Positions 39,570 to 47,312 of a DNA stretch of 64,000 nucleotides are shown here, in pieces. Each line of letters starts with the position of its first letter. Position 1 is the first letter of the stretch. The stretch lies in the NCBI GenBank assembly GCA_035536395.1, contig DATLOE010000018.1, forward strand, positions 16,193-80,192, read 5' to 3'. The position numbers and the translations under genes are program-made. The notes below the pieces were generated by a model. That model had not been told where the DNA came from, did no database searches, and saw only the letters and a program-made list of their open reading frames with translations. The stretch is from Candidatus Dormiibacterota bacterium. GTDB lineage: Bacteria; Patescibacteriota; Saccharimonadia; UBA4664; DATLOE01.

Positions 39570-39992
39570 ATGGAGGCAGTGCCTCAGCGGCTCCCGGTAG
39601 GAAGCATTTGCTGCTTTCGTCCGCTGTTGGGAGAACTCGGCAGCAAAGAATCGTAGCATAGATGCCAGACGGTCTCGGGACCCGCCTATAGGCACCTATG
39701 CCTTCCGATGCAGACGATGAGTGCATCGGCCCCCTTGGTGAGGTAAGCTACCCGAGAAGTACCCAGGTATGGCCTGGGAGGCCGCGGCGCCTGTGAATAG
39801 GCTGCCTGCGGACTGGCAATAGCCTTAAGCTGAACGCCAGCTATTCAGCATAGTGCTCAAACGCAACCGCCAGAGGCGCGGAGCACCGGCGATCCGGCCA
39901 GTACAGACTGTTGGCGAATTTACTGTACTGTGTTGCCAGACCATCTTGGCCGCTAACAGCGGCAAGTTGTGATTTCAACACCTTTTAAAGGT
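39535..39992 (-). ncRNA. Putative ~450-nt highly structured ncRNA of unknown class
   Basis: About ten consecutive stems; plus-strand A.C mismatches read as G-U on the minus strand; own promoter and terminator; no credible ORF. Confidence 0.75.
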
Positions 39993-39998
39993 AAGACA

Positions 39999-40027
39999 AT
40001 TTTATGCCCGTAATAAACTCGTGTCAA
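39999..40027 (-). promoter_or_regulatory. Near-consensus sigma70 promoter of the ncRNA
   Basis: TTGACA (40027-40022), 17 nt, TAAAAT (40004-39999). Confidence 0.8.
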
Positions 40028-40098
40028 ACTCAATTAAATTGTAAAGCCAACTAAATTTTACATAAATCGGTTGCCTCGTAAAACAAAAGCATGTACAC

Positions 40099-40138
40099 TT
40101 ATCCACACCTTGACAACCCGGCACAAGAAGGGTTTTAT
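40099..40138 (+). promoter_or_regulatory. DnaA box adjacent to a -35 element
   Basis: TTATCCACA (40099-40107), TTGACA (40110-40115); -10 is weak (TTTTAT). Confidence 0.45.
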
Positions 40139-40187
40139 AGGCTACTCGTACGGCCTCCTGCACCTTCAAATCGAAGAGGTGAATAGC

Positions 40188-40517
40188 ATGAAGCGATACA
40201 TTAAAACCCTGCTCGTGACTGCACTAGTCATCCTGGGAATAGGCCAGGCGGTCCCGGCATCGGCAAACGCCTCATATGTATACAGCGAGCACGATTCCTG
40301 GGTGCAACTGATGGCATCGCCATCGCCAAGGAGCTGGACGAAGATCTGGGTCCATAACCGAGCCACGTTCTGGATGCGATGCTGGACCGACGCTTCCTGG
40401 GCAGCCGGAAATTACGGGTCCAGACGCTGGTTCTACGGCAAGGTGCCACCTTACGACAACTGGGGATGGATACACTCCAGCTACGTCAGAAGTCAGGTGA
40501 GAACCCCGCACTGCTGA
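40188..40517 (+). CDS. Small secreted Trp-rich protein, SH3b-like (109 aa)
   Basis: GAGGTG SD; Sec signal ending ASA/ANA; CWTD...WFY...GWIHSSYV...PHC. Confidence 0.75.
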   Translation: MKRYIKTLLVTALVILGIGQAVPASANASYVYSEHDSWVQLMASPSPRSWTKIWVHNRATFWMRCWTDASWAAGNYGSRRWFYGKVPPYDNWGWIHSSYVRSQVRTPHC

Positions 40518-40601
40518 CATAGCACAGGACTAACATAGCTGCATACGCTTGGATTTGTCCGCCAAGCCTGGCTCCCTTACGGAGCCAGATCCAGTGTGCA
40601 G

Positions 40602-40654
40602 CACCCTTACGCTTAGCGTCTGATGAGACCTGGGAAGTTCAGGTCGAAAGGGTG
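40602..40654 (+). ncRNA. Type III hammerhead ribozyme
   Basis: CACCC-T-T | ACGC-TTA-GCGT | CTGATGA | GACCTG-GGAAGTT-CAGGTC | GAAA | GGGTG: full core and all three stems. Confidence 0.88.
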
Positions 40655-40708
40655 AATATCTGTTCAAAATTTTGAGAGGAAGAAGAGCAGATGTAAACTA
40701 GTGATTAT

Positions 40709-40784
40709 GGGGCATTGGCGCAGTTGGTAGCGCGCATCCATGGCATGGATGAGGTCATCGGTTCGAACCCGATATGCTCCACCA
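40709..40784 (+). tRNA. tRNA-Ala(GGC)
   Basis: Cloverleaf, G3:U70 pair, loop AT-GGC-AT, encoded CCA. Confidence 0.96.
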
Positions 40785-40847
40785 AAATGATTTAACGGCT
40801 AGCTTGGGCAGTTGTGTCCGGCAGCATTATGGGCGCTAGGTACTGAA

Positions 40848-41558
40848 ATGAAACGGGCTACGATGATATTGCTAGTATTTATTCTGGTCTATGCCATATT
40901 TGAGATTATAAGGGTTAAAATGCTGATTAGCCGCGCCAATAAGCTGGTTGTGCAGTCTAAGCCATACGAACAATCACAAGCTAAACCTCGTTACCGTGTA
41001 CTTATTATCGGCGACAGCACGGGGGTCGGCACGGGGGTTAGTAGTCCCGAAAAGTCATTAGCAGGCCTACTCGGCGCTGAATTCCCTGAAGCTGAGATTA
41101 TTAATCGCTCTATAAACGGCTTGCGCAGCGACCAGTTAGCGGAAAGTCTTGAAAGTCTTCCAGAGAGTAAGTTTAATCTCGTAATCATCCACATCGGTGG
41201 CAATGACCTGATTCGGTTTAAATCTCTTAGGAAAGTGCAAAGTAATATCAAGCTGGTTTTGGACTACGCCAGCAATAGATCGGACAAAGTTGCACTATTC
41301 ACAACCGGCGACCTGAGCAAGACAAGCTTCTTCCCTCTGGCGGCGAGACCCTGGTATGGAAACTCTTCTTCTCGTTTACGCAGCAGTATGAAGAAGCTAG
41401 CCACCGAATATGACAATGTCGCTTATATCGACTTATTTAGCTATCCTGATCTCAGCGAAATAAATGGGTATGCCGTAGATGGTCTTCATCTCAATGACGC
41501 AGGATACGGGTTATGGTATAAGGCTCTGAAAGATACAATAAAAAAGCCGCTATTTTGA
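40848..41558 (+). CDS. SGNH/GDSL hydrolase
   Basis: IGDS, GGND and DGLH motifs; N-terminal TM. Confidence 0.88.
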   Translation: MKRATMILLVFILVYAIFEIIRVKMLISRANKLVVQSKPYEQSQAKPRYRVLIIGDSTGVGTGVSSPEKSLAGLLGAEFPEAEIINRSINGLRSDQLAESLESLPESKFNLVIIHIGGNDLIRFKSLRKVQSNIKLVLDYASNRSDKVALFTTGDLSKTSFFPLAARPWYGNSSSRLRSSMKKLATEYDNVAYIDLFSYPDLSEINGYAVDGLHLNDAGYGLWYKALKDTIKKPLF

Positions 41559-41609
41559 ACTTACCCGTGCGGCAATCACGCTATACTAAATACATTATAC
41601 GAGAATATT

Positions 41610-42008
41610 ATGAGCGATTATTCGATAGTTAAATTAAGCGAGGTCAAAAACTTCTTTAAGGAGAAGGGCTGGCCGGGCGAAATGCGGTTTATGTCTAAGC
41701 CGCTAGCAACCGAGCAGGTGGCAGTGAGCTACCGAAAGATGCCGACCGGTAGCGGTGGCAAGGGCGGCTACGGCCACCGGCACAAGGTGCAGGAGGAGGT
41801 TGTGTTTGTGCTGGCGGGAGAGCTGGAATTCAAGCTAGATGACAAAATAGAGAAAGTTAAAGCCCCGGCGGCGGTCCGCATTGCACCGCATGTCTTCCGC
41901 TCCATCTGGAACAGTCAGCCCAAAGAGGCTGAACTGCTGATTATTTCTAAGAAAATCGAAAACTTAGATGATGATGTGGAGTATAAAGAGAATTTCTGGC
42001 CGGAATAG
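41610..42008 (+). CDS. Cupin-domain protein
   Basis: GHRH..QEE..FVL.G motif. Confidence 0.8.
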   Translation: MSDYSIVKLSEVKNFFKEKGWPGEMRFMSKPLATEQVAVSYRKMPTGSGGKGGYGHRHKVQEEVVFVLAGELEFKLDDKIEKVKAPAAVRIAPHVFRSIWNSQPKEAELLIISKKIENLDDDVEYKENFWPE

Positions 42009-42081
42009 AAAAAGGCTCTGCAATATGCAGAGCCTAAGTCTTGTATCTACGCCAATCTTGATTCGAGTTCGCTGAGCTCGC

Positions 42082-42942
42082 CTATGAGATCGGGGGTTCT
42101 TCAGGCCAATCGGTATAGAATTTTATGTCTTTCGGGTCGACCTGCTTTAGCCCATCCAGTATTTTTGTTACCTCCGCACGAGAAATAGCGTTATAGGTGA
42201 TAATAATCGTGGTTTGGTCTCTAGTTACGATTCCAATATGATCATCTTTGGTGTAACCACGATCTATATCTCTATCATTAAGCGAATACCAGTAGTGCGT
42301 GGGGTCCTTGTAGATCTTTTCGCATCTAGGATGGCCCTCAATTGTTGTTACTACAAAAGAATTGGAGAATAAACACTTGCCATCTTCTTCCACAATTTTA
42401 GTTTTTGCCATTTCTGTAATCTCAATTCTTTTTTTCGCTTGAGTATTTCGATGTTTACCAGGTGATCCGTTGTAATAACGGAATTCAATAGTCCGCGAGA
42501 AATCATTAACTTTGTTTTCAGCAAGCTGGTATCCTGCTGGCAAGTATTTAGGCTCATAGACTGGGAAGTTTATTTTTGATAACTTCTGCTGATTTACATT
42601 TTGAAAACGCTGGCCCCCCATTGTCTTGGTGATCATTGAGTAGGCAAAGAAGGCCAGGCTGGTAAACACTAAAGCGCCAACTAGCATGATAATCATAAGT
42701 CTTTTGATACTAATCTGCCACTTAAAGATTCGCTGACCAACTCGAGCCAGGATAAAAAGCAAGATAATCAAACCAATCAGATAACCCGCCCAGCTAGCGA
42801 AGACAAGGGCATAAATAATACTGCATTGTATTATGCCTTCACAGCCTAAGCCGAAAGCGTATGTCGGCGAGGGAGTCAAAAATAATGATGCACTGACCAA
42901 AAACCCTCCCAGTATTGAGGCTATTTTTGTTTTCTTGGACAT
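42082..42942 (-). CDS. Hypothetical membrane protein, AT-rich
   Basis: Three TM helices, then FPVYEPKYLPAGY; visibly lower GC. Confidence 0.7.
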   Translation of the reverse strand: MSKKTKIASILGGFLVSASLFLTPSPTYAFGLGCEGIIQCSIIYALVFASWAGYLIGLIILLFILARVGQRIFKWQISIKRLMIIMLVGALVFTSLAFFAYSMITKTMGGQRFQNVNQQKLSKINFPVYEPKYLPAGYQLAENKVNDFSRTIEFRYYNGSPGKHRNTQAKKRIEITEMAKTKIVEEDGKCLFSNSFVVTTIEGHPRCEKIYKDPTHYWYSLNDRDIDRGYTKDDHIGIVTRDQTTIIITYNAISRAEVTKILDGLKQVDPKDIKFYTDWPEEPPIS

Positions 42943-43015
42943 TTGACGATACCTGCTTTCGAATTACACATGCTATATGGTTTACCATAATTGTAATGTT
43001 TAAGAGGTAACTCGT

Positions 43016-44272
43016 CTACCAGGTGAATTTATGATGGCCTATATGAACAATATCGCCCGGGTTTATGCCCTGACGGTCAAGCTCACGGGTTACGCCGACT
43101 TTTCGCAAAATATCGCGCAGGCGCTCCACGGAGGCATCATTACTCCAATCGGTTCGGGTGGCAAAGCTTTCTATCTTCTGGCCTTCAATTCTATAGCCCT
43201 CACCCTCCGAAATCACCTGCCACAAGTCTGGCTGCGTTGCCTCATCTATTACCGGTATGGCGGCTTCAACACGGGCCTCTGCTTGCTGCTCTCTGGCAAT
43301 TTTTACTAATTTTACAGTTTCGGCCAACAGCTCACTCAGCCCGGTATGGGCGGGGGCAGAAATCGTATATACCGCTTGGCCCGCGGCCTTTTTTATGGCC
43401 TTCTGCTTAGACTCCAGCTCTTTTTTATCCACGGCATCGGCTTTGGTTAGAATAACCAGCTGCGGCTTGCCCGTAAGGTCGATCTTATACTGCGAGAGTT
43501 CGCCCATGATCGTTTTGTAGTCACTTATTACATCTTCTGAAGTGGCATCGATTAAGTGCAGAATTACGGCAGTTCTTTCTATATGGCGCAGGAATTCATC
43601 GCCCAAGCCCTTGCCCTGGCTGGCGCCTTCTATCAGCCCAGGGATATCGGCTACTAAAAAGCTGTAATTGCGAAAATCGACTACCCCCAGATTGGGGATT
43701 AAAGTCGTAAAGGGATAATCGGCAATTTCGGGCTTGGCATTAGAGATAACCGAAAGCAGGGTAGATTTGCCGGCATTCGGCAGGCCCACTAAACCGACAT
43801 CGGCTACCAGTTTTAGTTCCAGAGTCAGCTGGCGGTGCTCCCCCGGCTCACCTAATTCTGCTGCCCGGGGTGCTTGGCGGGCAGAAGCGGTAAAGTGAGC
43901 ATTGCCAAAGCCGCCGCGGCCGCCGTGGGCAATGATCTGGCTCATACCCTCTTGGGCTAGGTCCCCCAAAAGCTGATCGCCATCCCAGATAGTCGTGCCC
44001 TGCGGGACTTTAATAATTACATCTTCGCCGGCTTTGCCATGTTTGCGGTTTGACCCGCCCGGCTGACCGTCGCCAGCTGCTAGTTTGCGCTTGCGGCGGT
44101 ACTCGGCTAGCGTGTTTAAGTTGTGATCGGCTTCAAAGACCACATTACCGCCCCGGCCGCCATCGCCGCCATCGGGGCCGCCCATAGCCCGATACTTTTC
44201 ATGGCGGAAATTCACCCGGCCATCACCGCCTTTACCGGCCTGTATTTCGATTTCGACTTTATCTGCAAACAC
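43016..44272 (-). CDS. obgE: GTPase ObgE
   Basis: GGPDGGDGG, GLPNAGKST, YPFTT and DIPG motifs; C-terminal OCT domain. Confidence 0.97.
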   Translation of the reverse strand: MFADKVEIEIQAGKGGDGRVNFRHEKYRAMGGPDGGDGGRGGNVVFEADHNLNTLAEYRRKRKLAAGDGQPGGSNRKHGKAGEDVIIKVPQGTTIWDGDQLLGDLAQEGMSQIIAHGGRGGFGNAHFTASARQAPRAAELGEPGEHRQLTLELKLVADVGLVGLPNAGKSTLLSVISNAKPEIADYPFTTLIPNLGVVDFRNYSFLVADIPGLIEGASQGKGLGDEFLRHIERTAVILHLIDATSEDVISDYKTIMGELSQYKIDLTGKPQLVILTKADAVDKKELESKQKAIKKAAGQAVYTISAPAHTGLSELLAETVKLVKIAREQQAEARVEAAIPVIDEATQPDLWQVISEGEGYRIEGQKIESFATRTDWSNDASVERLRDILRKVGVTRELDRQGINPGDIVHIGHHKFTW

Positions 44273-44348
44273 GTCTTGTTTACTCTTATCACCTTATTAT
44301 AACTAGAAAACCGCTTCTAAGAGCGGTTTTCGTAAGATATGTGTTTTA

Positions 44349-45551
44349 TTAATAGATATATTTGAAGCTTGAAGCCGGTACAGTCCGCTTAGTAACCCTG
44401 TTCCAGTTACCGTTGTAGTTCATCTCCGAAACGGTCACAGAATCACCGCTGACTGCCTCTACGTAGGCAACGTGGCCGTAGTAACCGCCGCCGCCCCAGG
44501 CAATGGCACCAACTGCTGGAGCCGAACCGGTTTTGTAGCCGCCAGCCCGCGCGTTGTAGAGCCAGCTGACAGCGTTACCCCAGCCCGAAGGCACTGGGCG
44601 CCGCATGGCTACATAGTAAGTACAGTAACCGTACGCGTAGTTGCCGCCATTGCCGCCGATGGTAAATTTACCACCTGCAGGCGTGGAAGCCGAAGCAACT
44701 GCTTGGGTTGCTGCCGGGCGCCGACCAGGCTCATTAATGACGCCGTCAGGTATTACCACTGTATCACCGGCTTTGAGACCAGTAACTTCCGCGTTATTAA
44801 AGGCAATTATCTGAGCCGCATTAGATTGGTACTTGGCTGCCAGGCTATCGGCGGTTTCGCCGGCTGCTAGCTTGTGCTGCACGCCCGAGACAGGCAGTAT
44901 GGTCAGTTTTTGGCCGACCTTCAGAGCTTCGTCGCCCTTTAAGCCGTTAGCCCAGCGAACAGTGTCGGTCGTAACGTTATATTTGGCAGCTAATGTGGCC
45001 AAAGTATCACCGGTCTCTACCTTGTGAGTCTTAATGTCACGACTTACAACACCGGCTGTGTCTACCACTGCGCGGTTAGCCAGAGTGTCATCGCCCGCAG
45101 TTATAATGCTGGCTTGTGAATTCAAGGCCTGAGCGGTACTGGTGGCCTCCGAAGCTACAAGTAAATTAGTTTGATCGGCAACCTTTGCAGCCACATCGGC
45201 TGAAGCGGCTTCGTCTAATACGGAGCCGTATCCGCCTTGGCTGGCTAGGGGGCTGAGGCGAGTAGTCTGACCGGTAGAACCGGTGAGCACTACGGCCAGC
45301 ACTAAGCCAACCCCAACGGTGTGCGAAACATACCTGGGAGTTGCCTTAAACCCGGCTAGGGCCTTGATTGAAGTTTGAATAACGCGCCCTAAAGGTGTGA
45401 GGGTCGCGGTTTTTTGATTTTTTCGAGTTTTGGGTAGACTTACTACCTGCGGAAATTTTAGTTTGGAAGTCGATCCGGCACCCCTGATTCCGAACCCTAA
45501 GGTTTGAAGTGAGCTACCAACAGCTTCTCTAGTACTAATTTTATTCTCCAC
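44349..45551 (-). CDS. LysM x2 plus CHAP peptidoglycan hydrolase (start uncertain)
   Basis: Two LysM repeats; YGYCTYY, WGNA, YGHVAYVE and SEMNY motifs. Confidence 0.9.
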   Translation of the reverse strand: MENKISTREAVGSSLQTLGFGIRGAGSTSKLKFPQVVSLPKTRKNQKTATLTPLGRVIQTSIKALAGFKATPRYVSHTVGVGLVLAVVLTGSTGQTTRLSPLASQGGYGSVLDEAASADVAAKVADQTNLLVASEATSTAQALNSQASIITAGDDTLANRAVVDTAGVVSRDIKTHKVETGDTLATLAAKYNVTTDTVRWANGLKGDEALKVGQKLTILPVSGVQHKLAAGETADSLAAKYQSNAAQIIAFNNAEVTGLKAGDTVVIPDGVINEPGRRPAATQAVASASTPAGGKFTIGGNGGNYAYGYCTYYVAMRRPVPSGWGNAVSWLYNARAGGYKTGSAPAVGAIAWGGGGYYGHVAYVEAVSGDSVTVSEMNYNGNWNRVTKRTVPASSFKYIY

Positions 45552-45739
45552 CCCATCCGCTTATGCGGACTTTAAATGGGTTTAACTTGCTTGTATGTCT
45601 TTCTTCCGCACATATATGCGGAAAGGGACAGATTCGACCTAAGTTAACTCTCCGTGCGACATTTCAAACAGGTAATTGATAGACGTAAAAGCAAAACCAA
45701 CTGATGTAATAACCCTTACGCTTATCAATGTACTCGAGT

Positions 45740-45768
45740 AGTGTAACAAGCGTGGCAAAGACTGTCAA
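45740..45768 (-). promoter_or_regulatory. Promoter of the LysM-CHAP gene
   Basis: TTGACA (45768-45763), 17 nt, TACACT (45745-45740). Confidence 0.7.
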
Positions 45769-45919
45769 TATGGTGTTTTTGGCTCTAGTGAGCCAAAAAA
45801 CGACAGTTTTCAGGGTAATTTTAATTAAAAATGACATTTTTGACGAAATATGGTGTAATAATATAAAGCTTATGCTCTAAGCAGTTTAAAAAAGGCGGCT
45901 AGGAAGCCCTAATCTGGTA

Positions 45920-46921
45920 TTACTTCAGGTATTTAGCGATATTCTGCTCGTGCTCGGCCAAGGTTTTAGCAAAATGATTTTTGCCATCCTTACCGGAAAT
46001 AAAGTAGAGGTAATCATTCGGCTTGGGGTTGGCCACGGCGCGCATTGCAGAGATCCCAGGATTACAGATAGGCCCGGGCGGCAGACTGTTAACTTTATAG
46101 GTGTTATAGGGCGAATCAATCCCGACATCAAGCTGTTTTTTGCCAATCAGCTCGCCGGCATAAGCTGCAGTTGGATCGGCCTGCAGCGGCATACCCCTTT
46201 TTAAGCGGTTCAAGTATAACTGGGCTACCATCGGACGGTCTTCCTCTTGGTGTACTTCGCGCTCAACGATTGAGGCCAGGGTAAGGCCCTGGTGGAGATT
46301 CAACCCTTGGGCAGCCCAGCCGTCTGTTACCTTAGATTCCTTAATTTTAGCCCCGAAATTTTCGAGCATTTCCGCGACTAGCAGCTTTGCCTGTACCGGT
46401 TTAATAAGATCGTAACTGTCTGGAAACAAGTAGCCCTCCAAGGAAACTTCGGCCGGCTTGGATGCTAGAAAATCATAAGTGTACGGCTGTCCCAGTGCGG
46501 CATCGAAATCGGCCGGATTAATTCCCTTATCTCCTAAAATCTGCTTCATCTTAATTATCGTCGTCCCTTCCGGGAATACTGCTCTGTTCACCGCTACCCT
46601 CCCTTCGGCAATTTTTTTGGCTATTTCTCTGGTTGATTCATTGGCTGCGAATTCATAACTGCCGGCCTGCAGCCGACTGCGCAACCCATGCAGTGTGACG
46701 TATATATTAAAGGCCGGGGCGCTTCTAATCAGCTTTTTGGTTTTCAGTTCCCGAGAAAGCTGCTCCACACCTACACCTTTTTTGAGCACATAGGTTTTAG
46801 ATTCAGCAGAATTTAAATTAATCGGCCTCAGACTCAACTGATACCAAGAGAAAAATCCGAACAGCGCTCCCAAAACGACCGAACCGGCCAACATAATATA
46901 ATTACGCGGTATCATATTCAT
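45920..46921 (-). CDS. mltG: Endolytic transglycosylase MltG
   Basis: LEGYLFPDSY, LASIVERE, LQADPT and SPYNTY...LPPGPI motifs. Confidence 0.95.
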   Translation of the reverse strand: MNMIPRNYIMLAGSVVLGALFGFFSWYQLSLRPINLNSAESKTYVLKKGVGVEQLSRELKTKKLIRSAPAFNIYVTLHGLRSRLQAGSYEFAANESTREIAKKIAEGRVAVNRAVFPEGTTIIKMKQILGDKGINPADFDAALGQPYTYDFLASKPAEVSLEGYLFPDSYDLIKPVQAKLLVAEMLENFGAKIKESKVTDGWAAQGLNLHQGLTLASIVEREVHQEEDRPMVAQLYLNRLKRGMPLQADPTAAYAGELIGKKQLDVGIDSPYNTYKVNSLPPGPICNPGISAMRAVANPKPNDYLYFISGKDGKNHFAKTLAEHEQNIAKYLK

Positions 46922-47312
46922 TCAGATAATCCTCCAAAATAATTACGGCCGCCTCTTGGTCAACCAAACCCTTCTCTTTACCGCGCGCCTTTTTTGCACC
47001 CAGCCGATCTATAGCTGCCTCGCTAGTGCCAGCTTCATCGACCATCTCAACCGGTACGCCTAGTTCAGCCTGCAGCTCTTTGGCAAAGGCGGCCGCCAGC
47101 TTTGTTTGAGCCGTTTCCTCCCCCTCGAGGCTCCTGGGCAGGCCGACCACAACAGTATCTACATCCTCTGACGCCACTATTTGCTTGAGGCGCTCGAATA
47201 AATCATCATTATTGGAAAGAGTAGTGAAGGGTACTGGAAATTTGGCTTCCATGTCGGCAAAAGCCAGGCCAACCCGCTTTAAGCCGTAATCAATGCCTAG
47301 AACTTTAGCCAT
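46902..47312 (-). CDS. ruvX: YqgF/RuvX nuclease
   Basis: LGIDYGLKRVGLA, VVGLP, VDE and D..AA.IIL motifs. Confidence 0.92.
   Translation of the reverse strand: MAKVLGIDYGLKRVGLAFADMEAKFPVPFTTLSNNDDLFERLKQIVASEDVDTVVVGLPRSLEGEETAQTKLAAAFAKELQAELGVPVEMVDEAGTSEAAIDRLGAKKARGKEKGLVDQEAAVIILEDYLNEYDTA

Noticed and set aside
39499-39726. 75-aa and 62-aa ORFs in the track
   Set aside because: No SD, no recognisable protein features, and both run through the intrinsic terminator.
39535-39992. RNase P RNA, tmRNA or self-splicing intron as identity of the large RNA
   Set aside because: I found no GAGGAAAGUCC/ACAGAA..CGGC, no tRNA-like ends or TTCGA T-loop, and no group I P7 or group II domain V consensus on either strand by eye; it also interrupts no gene.
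40030-40110. Replication origin
   Set aside because: Only one DnaA box, no box cluster, and no dnaA/dnaN nearby.
45552-45735. c-di-AMP (ydaO) riboswitch
   Set aside because: The GCUGAA, GGGGAACC and GUCAGCUAAC consensus blocks are not present.
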